Shown: positions 1-12,065, counted from the first letter of the stretch. The stretch: 64,000 nt of DNA from an uncultured delta proteobacterium (GCA_963804165.1 CAWDPO010000037.1:87876-151875), one strand, 5' to 3'. The notes: generated by a model from the letters alone, not told the origin. Numbers and translations: made by a program.

Positions 1-332
1 TCCGTTGCGGTAAGTCCGAGCGTACGCGCCTCCTGAAGCACGACCTTTTTCTGGATGAGTTCTTCAAGCAGGGAGGCTCTGATGTTCAGGCCCTTGATCA
101 TCTCCGGAGTGAGCGATCCCTTCAGAAGCTGGCGATAGCGCTCCACGGCACGCTCGTAAACCTCGGCGAATTCTCGCTGACTGATAGTTTCGCCGTTGAC
201 CTCGGCAACCTCTACAGCGCTTTGGTCGCCACGCTTGTCGCTGCCAACGAATAAGGCAAAGGTTACAACGATCACGCCCAAAAATAAGACGATCACCCAG
301 TTTCTTTTCCGCTTGCGTAAAAAATCAAGCAT
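1..332 (-). CDS. ppiD: PpiD/SurA N-terminal-domain periplasmic chaperone (5' part, runs off window)
   Basis: Manual translation from ATG at 332: MLDFLRKRKRNWVIVLFLGVIVVTFALFVG...VAEVNGETISQREF...LLEELIQKKVVLQEARTLGL. This is a TM anchor followed by a SurA_N motif. Divergent from mreB. Confidence 0.8.
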   Translation of the reverse strand, partial: MLDFLRKRKRNWVIVLFLGVIVVTFALFVGSDKRGDQSAVEVAEVNGETISQREFAEVYERAVERYRQLLKGSLTPEMIKGLNIRASLLEELIQKKVVLQEARTLGLTAT

Positions 333-426
333 TTTTTCTTGGTAGCCTTTCGGAGCGATGCGGTAAAAACAGCCCGATTATGATAAAAAATGGCTCTTCT
401 CATTGCAACCCAGCGGGCTCGGTTAA

Positions 427-1563
<1,137 letters not shown>

Positions 1564-1610
1564 GCGCGAGGTTCCATGCATTCTCATTATTGGAGGCAAT
1601 CGAGCCTTCC

Positions 1611-2444
1611 ATGTTCGCTTTTCTTCGTAAGAATCAAGTTCCGCTAAGCGCTTGTTTTTGTCTCCTTCTGTCAATTTATATTTTGATCGCTGCGTCGCGC
1701 GGTCAGTTGAAAAATGAACCGCTCGGCGCGCTGTTGATGTGGATTATGCGGCCGCTGCAAATTGCCTCGCAGGGTGCCGTCAACTGGATCATAGACTTTC
1801 GTGAAAATTACGACACTTTGGCGGGATTCAAGACCGAAAACGAAAGACTACGGAAGCGCATCGAAAATCTTGAAGTTGAAAAACAGAAGTATTTAGAAGC
1901 GGACGCGACCAACCGGCAGCTCAAACAGCTGCTTGATTTGCGCAGCCACTTGTCAGCTGGCGCGATCACTGCTTCAATTATCGCTAACAGCGCCACGAGC
2001 TGGTTTAAAAGCTGTCAGATCGACAAAGGCAGCCTCGACGGCGTCCGCAAAGGAATGGCGGTAGTGACTCCCCAGGGCGTTGTCGGCCAAGTCGTCGCGG
2101 TCACGCCGCGCACGGGGAAGGTGATATTACTGACGGATCCAAACAGTGGTATCGATGTGCTCGTGCAACGGACACGCAGCCGGGGCATCGTCTCCGGATC
2201 CTTGGAAAACGGCACGGTATTGAAATACGTGAAGCGGAGCGAGGATATTCAACCAGGAGATCGGCTCATTACCTCGGGCATGGACGGCGTTTTCCCCAAG
2301 GGCATGATGGTCGGAACGGTGATCAAGGTTCGAAAACAACACATAGGCCTGTTTCAATTCATCGAAGTCCTTCCCGCCGTACAAACCCCGCTTACCGAGA
2401 ATGTCCTGGTGGTCGCTGCCGACAGCGGCGCGGCAAAAAATTAA
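1611..2444 (+). CDS. mreC: Rod shape-determining protein MreC
   Basis: TM segment, coiled coil, IDKGSLDGV and TSGMDGVFPKG motifs; operon position after mreB. Confidence 0.95.
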   Translation: MFAFLRKNQVPLSACFCLLLSIYILIAASRGQLKNEPLGALLMWIMRPLQIASQGAVNWIIDFRENYDTLAGFKTENERLRKRIENLEVEKQKYLEADATNRQLKQLLDLRSHLSAGAITASIIANSATSWFKSCQIDKGSLDGVRKGMAVVTPQGVVGQVVAVTPRTGKVILLTDPNSGIDVLVQRTRSRGIVSGSLENGTVLKYVKRSEDIQPGDRLITSGMDGVFPKGMMVGTVIKVRKQHIGLFQFIEVLPAVQTPLTENVLVVAADSGAAKN

Positions 2445-2477
2445 TCTTTAAAGCCTATAACCGGAAGCTATTTCCCG

Positions 2478-2984
2478 ATGCGGTTGTTCTTACTTTTTTT
2501 CCTTGTCGGAATTTTTGTGCTTCTTTTGCAGACAACCCTGCTTCATTTGGTACCCGGCGGTCTCATTGTACCTGATTTAACGCTCCTGGTATGTGTGTAC
2601 TTGGGAATGTATCATCCCACGGTAGGGGCGGCGTTAGGCTCTTTCTTGCTCGGTTATTCAATCGATATTGTGTCAAGCAGGATCATCGGTGTTAACGCCT
2701 TCGCCATGTCTCTTGTATTCTTATCGGTATATTTCAGTTCGCGCTCGATCTGGTTACAGAATCCTATGGTGAGTTCGCTGGTCGTGTTGCTGGCGGCGTT
2801 AGTCAAAGGCGCGGCTCTGGTCTTGGTATCGGCGGTTTTCGTAAGCGTAGAAGGGTTCTGGGTCGGCGCGGCTTGGTATATAATCAAGGAAGCACTACTG
2901 GCCGCCGTGCTTGCGCCGATGGTTTTCGCGCTATTGCGCCGTGGCGAAAACTACGTCGACAGGGTTCGCTCAGCAGCTCAGTAG
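2478..2984 (+). CDS. mreD: Rod shape-determining protein MreD
   Basis: Hydrophobic 168 aa with PDL motif, between mreC and mrdA. Confidence 0.92.
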   Translation: MRLFLLFFLVGIFVLLLQTTLLHLVPGGLIVPDLTLLVCVYLGMYHPTVGAALGSFLLGYSIDIVSSRIIGVNAFAMSLVFLSVYFSSRSIWLQNPMVSSLVVLLAALVKGAALVLVSAVFVSVEGFWVGAAWYIIKEALLAAVLAPMVFALLRRGENYVDRVRSAAQ

Positions 2985-2993
2985 AACAGAACC

Positions 2994-4874
2994 ATGGCAG
3001 CATTGGCCGAGATCAATAAGCAAGATGGCGCGCCGGAACTGCGCCGTCGCGTCAGACTGCTCTACCTTATTCTTGCCGTTTCCTTTCTGGCGCTCACCAG
3101 CCGCCTGGTGGTCCTGCAACTCATTCAGGGAGAGCGATACACCTTTTTGTCCGAAAATAATCGCGTCCGCATAAAGCGAGTGCCGGGCACACGCGGGATG
3201 ATCTTCGACCGTCGAGGTCAGTTGCTGGTCGACAGCCGCCCGTCCTTCGATCTCATCTTTGTGTCCGAGGACAGCGAGAGTCCGGAAGCTACCCTGCGCC
3301 TGCTGGCGCGTTACTTGCGCCGCGATGAAGGCGAACTTCTTAAGACCTTTGAGGAGAATAAAAGCCGAGCCGCCTTCGACGAATTGGTCATCGGCCGCGA
3401 CATCGAGTGGTCGGAGATTGTCGCCGTGGAAGCACACCAGCTTGATCTGCCGGGCGTCAGTCTACGAGCCCGACCACGGCGCAGTTATGCCGATGGACCG
3501 ATGGCGGCGCATGTCTTGGGCTACATGGGCGAGATCAACCAAAAGCAACTTAAAATACTCAAAGAGCAAGGATATACGATCGGCGATGAAATCGGCCAAT
3601 ATGGACTCGAACGGCGCTGGGAAGAGTTGCTGCGCGGTCAGAGCGGCGGGCAACAAGTCGAAGTCGACGCACTGGGCCGGCGTGTGCGCGTGCTCCACGA
3701 GGTGACCGACGTTCCCGGATATACAGTCCATCTGACTTTGGACCGGCAGCTTCAAGAAACCGCATATGAGGCACTCAAAGGTAAAGAGGGTACCATCGTT
3801 GCCATCGATGTTCACAATGGGGCAATCCTCGCGCTCGCAAGTACTCCGGCGTTCGATCCAAACGCTTTTGCGCGCGGTATCAAATCCGAAGAATGGAGCG
3901 GATTAATAAAGGACCAACTGCGCCCGCTCAGCAATCGCGCGATTCAAGGTCAGTATCCGCCGGGGTCGACTTTCAAGATCATTATGGCGATCGCCGGTCT
4001 CGAAGAGGGCGTCGTCCAGCCGGAAAGTTTTATTCAGGACCCGGGCTTTTATCCTTTCGGTAACCGCAGTTTTCGCGATTGGAAGAAAGGCGGCCACGGC
4101 GCAGTCAATCTGCATAAAGCGATTGTCGAGTCTTGCGACACCTACTTCTATCAACTGGGTCCGAAGCTCGGCGTTGATCGAATCGCCAAATGGGCGCGCG
4201 CTTTCGGATTAGGTGAAAAAACCGGTTTGGCCTTGGACGACGAAAAAGGCGGCACCATTCCTGATACCGAGTGGAAAAGAAGACGATTTCGTCAGCCCTG
4301 GTTTCCCGGCGAGACGGTGTCCGTGGCGATCGGTCAAGGCTACGTCACCGTGACGCCGTTGCAGCTCGCCAACATGATGGCCGCAGTGGCCAACGGCGGC
4401 AAACTTTATCGTCCGTTTGTTGTCCGCAAGGTGGAGTCCGTCGACGGTGCGACCGTGCGCGAATATGGGCCGGAGCTTATTCGCAGCATTGAACTTAAAG
4501 AGGACACCCTAAAGCGCGTGCATAGTGCGCTCGCCGACGTCGTCAGCGGTGCCGGCGGCACGGGAGGCGCGGCTAGATCCCAGGCTATTACGGTCGCCGG
4601 CAAGACCGGCACTGCGCAGGTCGTCGAGATGAAGGGCGCATATGTCAAATCCGAACAGTTGACCTATTTCAACCGCGATCACGCCTGGTTCGTTTCCTAC
4701 GCCCCGGTGGATAATCCGCAAGTGGCCATCGCGGTCCTGGTCGAGCATGGTGGCCATGGCGGCGAAGCCGCCGCGCCCATGGCCAAAAAGGTTTTCGAGA
4801 AGTTTATCGCACTGCAGAAGCAATCCACGGACAAGCAACAGGTGCGCGTGGACGGAGAGAGCCGTGCAAATTGA
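2994..4874 (+). CDS. mrdA: Penicillin-binding protein 2
   Basis: RGMIFDR, SxxK (GSTFK), SCD and KTGT motifs. Confidence 0.96.
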   Translation: MAALAEINKQDGAPELRRRVRLLYLILAVSFLALTSRLVVLQLIQGERYTFLSENNRVRIKRVPGTRGMIFDRRGQLLVDSRPSFDLIFVSEDSESPEATLRLLARYLRRDEGELLKTFEENKSRAAFDELVIGRDIEWSEIVAVEAHQLDLPGVSLRARPRRSYADGPMAAHVLGYMGEINQKQLKILKEQGYTIGDEIGQYGLERRWEELLRGQSGGQQVEVDALGRRVRVLHEVTDVPGYTVHLTLDRQLQETAYEALKGKEGTIVAIDVHNGAILALASTPAFDPNAFARGIKSEEWSGLIKDQLRPLSNRAIQGQYPPGSTFKIIMAIAGLEEGVVQPESFIQDPGFYPFGNRSFRDWKKGGHGAVNLHKAIVESCDTYFYQLGPKLGVDRIAKWARAFGLGEKTGLALDDEKGGTIPDTEWKRRRFRQPWFPGETVSVAIGQGYVTVTPLQLANMMAAVANGGKLYRPFVVRKVESVDGATVREYGPELIRSIELKEDTLKRVHSALADVVSGAGGTGGAARSQAITVAGKTGTAQVVEMKGAYVKSEQLTYFNRDHAWFVSYAPVDNPQVAIAVLVEHGGHGGEAAAPMAKKVFEKFIALQKQSTDKQQVRVDGESRAN

Positions 4875-5967
4875 TCGACGCCTGATTTCGCATTTCGACT
4901 GGACCCTGTTTTTGCTCTCGTTAGTGTTCGTTGCCATTGGCGTCACGACGATTTACAGCGCCAACTTTGACATGGCGGCCGGACATGCCGGCCCCTTGCC
5001 GGTACGGCAGGTGACTTGGTTGGGACTCGGCTTGATCGCCATGATTGCGGCGATAAGTTTCGACTATCATTATCTAGACCGGTTAGCCTACCCATTTTTT
5101 GGTGCCATGTTGTTGCTGTTGACGTTGGTGCTGATCATCGGTCACTCCGGCGGCGGCTCGCAGCGTTGGATCAATCTCGGTTTTTTCCGCTTGCAACCTT
5201 CTGAACCCGCCAAACTCGCGATTGTGCTGGTGATGGCGAAATATTTTCAGACCGATGAACCGCCGCGCGGTTATTTTCTGCGCGATCTGTGGGTGCCGTT
5301 CGCGCTGGTCGCACCGCTGGTTTTCTTAACCCTGATCCAGCCGGATTTGGGCACGGCGATCATTCTCGGCATCGTCTTCATCAGCATGATTTTGATGGGC
5401 GGGCTGCGGTTGCGCTCCTTTGCGTATTTGGTTGGCGCGGGAATCGCCTTTTTGCCCATCGGTTGGCATTTTCTAAAAACCTATCAACGCAATCGGATCC
5501 TCACCTTTCTCGACCCCGACCGCGATCCGTTGGGTGCCGGGTACCACGTCATTCAATCGCAAATCGCCATCGGTTCCGGTGGACTATTCGGCAAAGGCTA
5601 TCTCCACGGCACTCAAAACCGGCTCGATTTCCTGCCGGCGCAGCACACCGATTTTATCTTCGCGGTTTTTTCTGAAGAGTGGGGTTTTACCGGCTGCGCC
5701 GCCTTGCTGTTACTGTTTTTCATCATGATCGCGTATTGTCTAAGACTCGTGCAGCGGGCCAAGGACCGCTTTGGCGCGCTGCTGATCTTCGGCATGATCG
5801 CCATCGTCTTTTGGCACGTCGTCATCAACGTCGCCATGGTCGCGGGAGTCATGCCCGTGGTCGGCGTTCCATTGCCCATGGTGAGCTATGGCGGCTCGGC
5901 CCTCGCCTCGATGATGTTCGCCATCGGTGTCATCATGAACGTCAGCATGCGGCGTTTTGTTTTCTGA
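4864..5967 (+). CDS. rodA: SEDS glycosyltransferase RodA
   Basis: QPSEPAK, QPDLGT, HTDFIF and SYGGS motifs; GTG start overlaps the end of mrdA. Confidence 0.95.
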   Translation: MQIDRRLISHFDWTLFLLSLVFVAIGVTTIYSANFDMAAGHAGPLPVRQVTWLGLGLIAMIAAISFDYHYLDRLAYPFFGAMLLLLTLVLIIGHSGGGSQRWINLGFFRLQPSEPAKLAIVLVMAKYFQTDEPPRGYFLRDLWVPFALVAPLVFLTLIQPDLGTAIILGIVFISMILMGGLRLRSFAYLVGAGIAFLPIGWHFLKTYQRNRILTFLDPDRDPLGAGYHVIQSQIAIGSGGLFGKGYLHGTQNRLDFLPAQHTDFIFAVFSEEWGFTGCAALLLLFFIMIAYCLRLVQRAKDRFGALLIFGMIAIVFWHVVINVAMVAGVMPVVGVPLPMVSYGGSALASMMFAIGVIMNVSMRRFVF

Positions 5968-6013
5968 TTGGGCAACTCGGAACGCGAGTTTTCAATAATC
6001 GGTTTCAGAAAAA

Positions 6014-6081
6014 GCAACGGCCGCCGCGTCGTTAACGCGAGCATTGCTCTCGCATCCGACGCAGGCGGCCGCTATTGTTGC
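6014..6081. terminator. GC-rich long hairpin between convergent rodA and trxA
   Basis: CGGCCGCCGCGTCG...CGACGCAGGCGGCCG with an inner GCGAG/CTCGC stem. Confidence 0.55.
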
Positions 6082-6099
6082 GCGGGTGGTTTCTTCGGT

Positions 6100-6426
6100 C
6101 TACTGCAACGCCTTCTCGATCGCGCTCACCAATTTCGCTTTCGGCACGGCGCCGACAATTTGTTCTTTGACTGCGCCGCCTTTAAGAATAATTAAATTCG
6201 GAATTCCGCGGATGCCGTAGCGCGACGCGGTGGCGGGGTGATCGTCTACATTCAGCTTTGTCACTTTGAGCTTGCCTTCATACTCACCGGCGATCTCCTC
6301 GACGATCGGCGCGATGGATTTGCACGGGCCGCACCAGGGAGCCCAAAAATCGACGAGTACCGGAAGTGCCGACTTTATGACTTCAGTCTCGAAATTGTTA
6401 TCTCCCACTTCGGTAATTTTGCCCAT
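6100..6426 (-). CDS. trxA: Thioredoxin
   Basis: WCGPC motif, 108 aa. Confidence 0.97.
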   Translation of the reverse strand: MGKITEVGDNNFETEVIKSALPVLVDFWAPWCGPCKSIAPIVEEIAGEYEGKLKVTKLNVDDHPATASRYGIRGIPNLIILKGGAVKEQIVGAVPKAKLVSAIEKALQ

Positions 6427-6439
6427 TATAGCTACCTCC

Positions 6440-7930
6440 TTAGAGTATCGAGAGAAATTTAAGCAGAGTGCGCACGCCGAATCCAGTGCCGCCTTTGGGG
6501 CAAAGCGCGTTGTCGCTTTCGGCGAACGCCGGTCCGGCGATATCGAGATGCGCCCAGGGCACTTCGCCGACGAATTCTTGTAAAATCAGCGCCGCGGTGA
6601 TTGCTCCGCCGTGGGAGCCGCCGATGTTTTTCATATCGGCGACGCTGCTTTTGATCATCTCTTTGTACTCTTTGACCAACGGCAACTGCCAGAGTTTCTC
6701 GCCGGTCTCTCCGGCGCAACGTAGCAGCGCATCCGCGAGCGGCTGATTGTTGCTGAACAGCCCGCCGACTTGAGTCCCCAGGGCGACCATGCAGGCTCCA
6801 GTGAGCGTCGCCAGATTGATCATGTAGTCCGGCTTCTGCCCGGCGGCGAGCGCAAGCGCGTCGGCGAGAATCAACCGACCTTCGGCATCCGTGTTCAATA
6901 CTTCGATCGTCTTGCCGTTCAGATAACGGATCACATCGCCCGGCTTCTGCGCGTTGTGCCCAGGCAAGTTATCGGTCGTCGGCACGTAGCCCGTCACTTC
7001 TAGATCGAGGCCGAGCTTGGGCAAACAGCTCATGGTCGCAATCACCGCGGCGCCGCCGGCCATATCGAGCTTCATGGTTTCCATGGACTTCGACGGTTTG
7101 AGCGACAAGCCGCCCGAATCGAAAGTGATGCCCTTGCCGATCAAGGCAATTTTTTTCTTCGGTCTGCCGGTGGGCCGGTAATGAATTTTTATAAAGCGCG
7201 GTTCTTCTTGGCTGCCGCGATTGACGGCCAGCAATCCCGCCAGCTTCATCGCTCCGATTTTCTTCTTGTCCCAAACTTCCACAGAGAGTCCCCGCCCGTG
7301 GCAATACTTCAAGGCTTGCTCGCCGAGGAAGCGTGCCGTCGCCACGGACGGTGGTTCGTTGACCAGATCGCGCGCCAAGAAAACTCCGGGGACAATGGTT
7401 TGCGCTGCGGTGACGGATTGTTGCAAACCGACCGTCGGCTTCAATCCCGGCTTGAACAGAGTCAATGACTTAACATCTGCCGGCGGCTTGGAGGTCGAGC
7501 GGTATTTACTGAACTGATAAGCGGCTAACAGCGCGCCTTCGACGAGTGCGCCCGCAGCGCTCTCGGCCTCTTTGTCAGGGGAAAAATAGAGCGCAAGTTC
7601 TTCCGCGCCTGCCGTCGCGGCTTCCTTGCGCGCCTGCGCACCGATCTTTCGCCAAGTATCCGCGCTATCCGCATTGCCGCCGAGCCCGATCAGCAAAAGC
7701 TGCGCGGCCGGCAGCATTCCGGCAGTGGGGTAGATGAGCGCGCCGCCTTCGGCGCCAGTAAATTTACTCTTGTGAATGCGCGCGCGCAGATGGCCTTTCA
7801 CGCGACGATCTAAAGCTCGAATCAACGGTTCGTCGAGATTCTTTTCCCGGATGGGAATGACGAGGAGATCCGTCTTGATTCGTTCCGCGTGGGTATCGCG
7901 AAAGTTGATCTGCATTGCGTTCTCGCTCAA
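6440..7930 (-). CDS. pepA: Leucyl aminopeptidase (M17)
   Basis: [18 protein letters not shown] and HLDIAG motifs. Confidence 0.96.
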   Translation of the reverse strand: MSENAMQINFRDTHAERIKTDLLVIPIREKNLDEPLIRALDRRVKGHLRARIHKSKFTGAEGGALIYPTAGMLPAAQLLLIGLGGNADSADTWRKIGAQARKEAATAGAEELALYFSPDKEAESAAGALVEGALLAAYQFSKYRSTSKPPADVKSLTLFKPGLKPTVGLQQSVTAAQTIVPGVFLARDLVNEPPSVATARFLGEQALKYCHGRGLSVEVWDKKKIGAMKLAGLLAVNRGSQEEPRFIKIHYRPTGRPKKKIALIGKGITFDSGGLSLKPSKSMETMKLDMAGGAAVIATMSCLPKLGLDLEVTGYVPTTDNLPGHNAQKPGDVIRYLNGKTIEVLNTDAEGRLILADALALAAGQKPDYMINLATLTGACMVALGTQVGGLFSNNQPLADALLRCAGETGEKLWQLPLVKEYKEMIKSSVADMKNIGGSHGGAITAALILQEFVGEVPWAHLDIAGPAFAESDNALCPKGGTGFGVRTLLKFLSIL

Positions 7931-8475
7931 GTCTTCTGTCGGATCAATGTCATAAATTCGTTGCGAGTGTCTTGGCGCGTGCGAAATGCGCCGAGCAGAC
8001 TGCTGGTGATCACAAAGGAATTCTGCTTTTCGACGCCGCGCATGCGCATGCAGAGATGCTCGGCCTCGAGCACCACGGCTACGCCACGGGCGTCGAGCCT
8101 CTCCATGATCGTGGTGGCGATCTGATTGGTCATCCGTTCCTGCACCTGCAAGCGGCGCGCAAAAACGTCGACCAAACGAGCCAGCTTGGAGATGCCGACG
8201 ATCTTATGATGCGGAATATACGCGACATGAGCTTTGCCGAAAAAAGGCAGCATGTGGTGCTCGCACAGGGAAAAAAAATCTATGTCTTTCTGCAGGATCA
8301 TCTCTTCGTAGTTTTCGGTGAAGAGGGCATCGTTGATGACCTTCTCGGGATCCATCGCATATCCCCGGGTCAAATAGGACAGAGCTTGGGCGACGCGATG
8401 CGGTGTTTTCAAGAGACCTTCTCGATCTGGATCTTCACCGATCGCTTTGAGAATGTGACGAATCTGTTCTTCCAT
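7927..8475 (-). CDS. folE: GTP cyclohydrolase I
   Basis: [12 protein letters not shown] and HLCMRMRGV motifs. Confidence 0.97.
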   Translation of the reverse strand: MEEQIRHILKAIGEDPDREGLLKTPHRVAQALSYLTRGYAMDPEKVINDALFTENYEEMILQKDIDFFSLCEHHMLPFFGKAHVAYIPHHKIVGISKLARLVDVFARRLQVQERMTNQIATTIMERLDARGVAVVLEAEHLCMRMRGVEKQNSFVITSSLLGAFRTRQDTRNEFMTLIRQKT

Positions 8476-8588
8476 TGTGGCTCCGTTGAGGTTCGAGATG
8501 TTCGGCTAACAGGTGGATACCGCGTTTATCCGCGGCAAAGTCTAAAAAAATTAGCATTAAGCCGAGGACGGGTCAAACCAGCAGTCGA

Positions 8589-9326
8589 TTAGAGGCGTTG
8601 GAGCAACCAGTGCGGCGTGAAGCGTAAGACGTAGGCATTGAGCATGGTCATATAGTCGGAGATCAATAAAATGCCGGCAATAATCAGCAGCACGCCGCCG
8701 GCAACGTGAATCGCTTGCACGTAACGGCGCAGGCGCTGGGAGAACTGAAAAAAAGAATTGATCGCCAGCGCGCTCAAAAAAAATGGCAAGCCAAGCCCCG
8801 CTGCGTAGCTCGTCAGCAACATCGTGCCGCGGCCCACTTCCCCGGCCGTGCTGGCAAGCGCCAACGTCGCTCCCAAAATCGGACCGACGCAAGGCGTCCA
8901 AGCCACGGCAAAAGTTACCCCCACGAGTATCGAGCCGAGATAGCCCGCCGGCTTGTCCTTGAGATTAAACTGCAGGTAACGATCGAGCGCGGCGATCTTG
9001 AAAAGCCCGACGAGATAAAGTCCGACGAGGAGAATAAACGCTCCGCCGAGAATTCGGATCGTGTCTCGATAACCAAGGAAAAGCCCGCCGAGAAAGCTCG
9101 CCGACGCGCCGAGGGAGATAAAAACCAGTGAAAAGCCGACGATAAACGCCAGCGAATTCAGCACGACGCGCCAACGAACGCGGCTGCGACCCTGTTCGCT
9201 GCGCATTTCATCGAGGGAAACGCCGGAGACAAAAGAGAGGTAGGACGGAATCAGCGGCAAAACACAGGGCGACAGAAAAGAAAAAACACCGGCGGCGAAG
9301 GCGACGAAAAAATTAACGTCGGTCAT
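8589..9326 (-). CDS. ccdA: Cytochrome c biogenesis CcdA (DsbD TM domain)
   Basis: SFLSPCVLPL and WTPCVGP motifs; start MTDVNFF overlaps the upstream stop. Confidence 0.93.
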   Translation of the reverse strand: MTDVNFFVAFAAGVFSFLSPCVLPLIPSYLSFVSGVSLDEMRSEQGRSRVRWRVVLNSLAFIVGFSLVFISLGASASFLGGLFLGYRDTIRILGGAFILLVGLYLVGLFKIAALDRYLQFNLKDKPAGYLGSILVGVTFAVAWTPCVGPILGATLALASTAGEVGRGTMLLTSYAAGLGLPFFLSALAINSFFQFSQRLRRYVQAIHVAGGVLLIIAGILLISDYMTMLNAYVLRFTPHWLLQRL

Positions 9327-9886
9327 CTTTTTCCGTCGAGCAGATCTTTGACCAACTTGCGAGCACCGCTGCCATACCACTCCGCCGGCCCCCAGCCGCG
9401 CGCTAATCCTTCGCCGTTAGGTCCGATTAAATAGGTCGCCGGAAGGCCCCAGGCGCCGTAGAGGCTGCCGACCTGAGCTTCAGGATCGAGCGCGATCGGA
9501 TAACTGATTTTAAGCTCCTTGACGAAGTCGATGGCGTCTTGTTTGCGGTCTTTGACGGCAATCGCCAGCACGACGAAGTTCTTCTGTTTGTATTCCAGAT
9601 ATAACTTTTCCATCGCCGGCATCTCTTCCCGGCAAGGCACGCACCAGCTCGCCCAGAAATTCAACAGAACGATTTTGCCACGGAAATCTTTTAGAGATAT
9701 CTTCTTTCCGTCCGGGGTGCTCAAGTTGAATTCCGGTGTCGGCCCGACTTCCTTCATCGGCTGAAGGATGGGCACGACCTTGTAATCAATTTTTGACTGG
9801 CTCCAGACGGGCGAAAAACTCGACGCGGCCGAAGCTCCGAGCAGAACGATGGCAAGCAATAAATGGCGACCCCTTCGCATTCTCAT
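9323..9886 (-). CDS. TlpA/ResA-family periplasmic thiol-disulfide reductase
   Basis: LNFWASWCVPCREEMP motif, signal peptide, coupled to ccdA; start position approximate. Confidence 0.9.
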   Translation of the reverse strand: MRMRRGRHLLLAIVLLGASAASSFSPVWSQSKIDYKVVPILQPMKEVGPTPEFNLSTPDGKKISLKDFRGKIVLLNFWASWCVPCREEMPAMEKLYLEYKQKNFVVLAIAVKDRKQDAIDFVKELKISYPIALDPEAQVGSLYGAWGLPATYLIGPNGEGLARGWGPAEWYGSGARKLVKDLLDGKR

Positions 9887-10044
9887 ATCGACATTCACTG
9901 TAGCCAACAGGTCACGCGGACGCAATACTCGCCCATGGACCAACTCATGGACGAGTCGAAAAGTTCCCGAAAAAAAAGACAACCGCTTATTGGACCCGAA
10001 AGGAAGGAAAAAATTCGCGATGAACTGAAGCGCAATAAACAACT

Positions 10045-10087
10045 AAAAACACAAGGCCCTCCAAGTAGTGTACCGGAGGGCTCTGTG
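10045..10087 (-). terminator. Intrinsic terminator
   Basis: Minus strand reads CACAGAGCCCTCC-loop-GGAGGGCCTTGTG followed by TTTTT. Confidence 0.85.
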
Positions 10088-10173
10088 CATTAGGGTAACC
10101 AGAACAGTTACCTTATCGCCTGAGAGTAAGGAGGGTTTACATCACCACCACCACATCCTCAACAACTCCGCGC

Positions 10174-10224
10174 TTACTTCTTTTTCTTTTTGGCTTTCTT
10201 TTTGGCTTTTTTCTTAGCAGCCAT
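10174..10224 (-). CDS. 16-aa lysine-rich small protein MAAKKKAKKKAKKKKK
   Basis: ATG preceded by AAGGAGGT SD; clean ATG..TAA; has its own promoter and terminator; below the ORF-track size cutoff. Confidence 0.75.
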   Translation of the reverse strand: MAAKKKAKKKAKKKKK

Positions 10225-10338
10225 AAGCACCTCCTTTTAGGATTCCACGGGTGGGCTTTTTCGGTTGACGGGCGTTAAAACATGACTCAGGCAAGAGAGA
10301 CGAATATCAAAACCCTCCCATATTTTGTAGGTGATTTG

Positions 10339-10368
10339 ATTATTAAGGCACAACAAATTGTATGTCAA
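10339..10368 (-). promoter_or_regulatory. Sigma70 promoter for the sORF/RNA
   Basis: TTGACA-N18-AATAAT with an AT-rich UP-like tract upstream. Confidence 0.7.
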
Positions 10369-10721
10369 GAAAAAAATGTCATTTTACAAAATAAATTATC
10401 GATCGGAGCAAATCTTAGTGTGTTCATACCAAGCTCAATTTTGGCGATTTAGCGGCAATGAAGGTGCACCGATGAGTAGCCACAATCAGCAGAGCGTTTT
10501 ATTTCTAAACTTTCGATGAGAAGTCTCGAAATGCTGCTCCGTGGCGGAAATATTTGGCGCGGCACCTGCGGTGGTACCCACACGGGGGCGCGTGCGCCGT
10601 TGATGTCAGCTTTCCAGATTTCCGAGCGCTTGACCTGTTTTCTTTCAGAATTGACGGGGCGAACTCATTGTTCACGTTGCCGGCGCATCGGCCGCCACGG
10701 GACTCTTTCTCTCGACTTCAC

Positions 10722-12065
10722 TTAGCTAATGTCCAGTGCCTTAATGAGTTTTAACAAGTGACTGCGGTGTAGTCCGAGGGCTTTCGCCGCCGTTGCGCGA
10801 TTGCCCTGCGCGCGCGCCAGCGCGTTGACAATCAACGCGCGCCGATGACTGTTGACGGCATCATGAAACGGTTGAGTCGGCGGGGATAACTTCCCAATGC
10901 CTATCACCCGGGTCGGCAGGTGATCCACGGTGAAGCGGGGTCCGTCGCCCAGGACGACGCCGCGTTCGAGTACATTTGCCAGCTCGCGCACGTTTCCCGG
11001 CCAGGAGTAGGTAGATAACTTCTGTAAAGCGTCCTCGGTGATTTCACTAAAGGTCTTTTTCGTTTCGGATCCGAAGCGGCGCAAAAAATAGTCGGCGAGG
11101 TGAGGAATATCTTCTTGGCGGTCGCGTAACGAAGGCAGTCCAATGGCGATGACATTCAAGCGATGGTAAAGATCCTCGCGAAAAGAGCCGCGCTTGACCG
11201 TGTCTTCGAGGTCCTGATTGGTCGCTGCGATGATTTTCACGTCCACCCCGATGGGTTGTATCCCGCCGATTCGCTCGAACTCACGCTCCTGCAGGAAGCG
11301 CAGCAGCTTGGTTTGCAGCTCCGGCGAAATATCCCCGACCTCGTCGAGAAATACCGTTCCGCCGTCGGCGGCTTCCATCTTCCCCTTCTTCAATTGATGC
11401 GCCCCCGTGAAAGCGCCTTTTTCGTGTCCGAAAAGTTCGCTTTCCAGGAGTTCTTTGGAAAGCCCGGCGCAATTGATTGCGACGAACGGCCGAGCCGCCC
11501 GATCGCTCCATTCGTGAATCGAGCGCGCGAATAATTCCTTGCCCGTACCACTTTCTCCCAGCAGGAGCACAGTCGTTCTGCTGCTTGCAGCTTTCTTCGC
11601 TTCTTCGATCGCCCGCGCCATCACCGCGCTCTTTCCCACAACCAGTCGGTAGCGGCCGGCCAATTCTCGGCTAAGAAGCTCCACTTCGGATTTGAGCCGG
11701 GCTCTTTCCAAAGCTTTGCTTACGACTAAGGCCAAATGGTCCGGATCGAAGGGCTTGGTGACAAAGTCCTCCGCGCCGCTCTTGATCGCTCCAACCGCGC
11801 GCTCGATGGTCCCATAAGCTGTGATCATTATCACGGGAAGATCGGGCTGGGTTTTTTTGATTTCTTCCAGGACTTCGATGCCGTTCATTCCGGGCATCTG
11901 GTAGTCCAGCAGAACAAGGTCCACGGGAGTCGCGGCAAGCTTCTCCAGCGCAGTTCGGCCGTTCTCGGCTTTTTCAATGCCGTAGCCCAGGTCGGTCAAC
12001 TCTTGCTCCAGCAAATCGAGATTCAGTGGTTCGTCGTCGACCAGGAGGATTTTCTGTGGCATCAA
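10722..12065 (-). CDS. Sigma54-dependent response regulator (NtrC/AtoC family: REC-AAA-Fis HTH)
   Basis: [14 protein letters not shown] and WPGNVREL motifs; no adjacent kinase. Confidence 0.95.
   Translation of the reverse strand: MMPQKILLVDDEPLNLDLLEQELTDLGYGIEKAENGRTALEKLAATPVDLVLLDYQMPGMNGIEVLEEIKKTQPDLPVIMITAYGTIERAVGAIKSGAEDFVTKPFDPDHLALVVSKALERARLKSEVELLSRELAGRYRLVVGKSAVMARAIEEAKKAASSRTTVLLLGESGTGKELFARSIHEWSDRAARPFVAINCAGLSKELLESELFGHEKGAFTGAHQLKKGKMEAADGGTVFLDEVGDISPELQTKLLRFLQEREFERIGGIQPIGVDVKIIAATNQDLEDTVKRGSFREDLYHRLNVIAIGLPSLRDRQEDIPHLADYFLRRFGSETKKTFSEITEDALQKLSTYSWPGNVRELANVLERGVVLGDGPRFTVDHLPTRVIGIGKLSPPTQPFHDAVNSHRRALIVNALARAQGNRATAAKALGLHRSHLLKLIKALDIS

Larger units (their letters stand above)
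10045..10330 (-). ncRNA. Candidate structured (dual-function) RNA of about 285 nt containing the poly-Lys sORF
   Basis: Bounded by a promoter and a terminator. Complementary blocks 10310-10318/10130-10138 and 10286-10292/10118-10124 flank the ORF in pseudoknot order. There is a further hairpin GGTAAC/GTTACC at about 10094-10112. Confidence 0.45.

Noticed and set aside
10045-10330. tmRNA or 6S RNA
   Set aside because: No tRNA-like GGGG..CCA ends and the ORF has its own SD/ATG; an internal translated A-rich ORF does not fit 6S.
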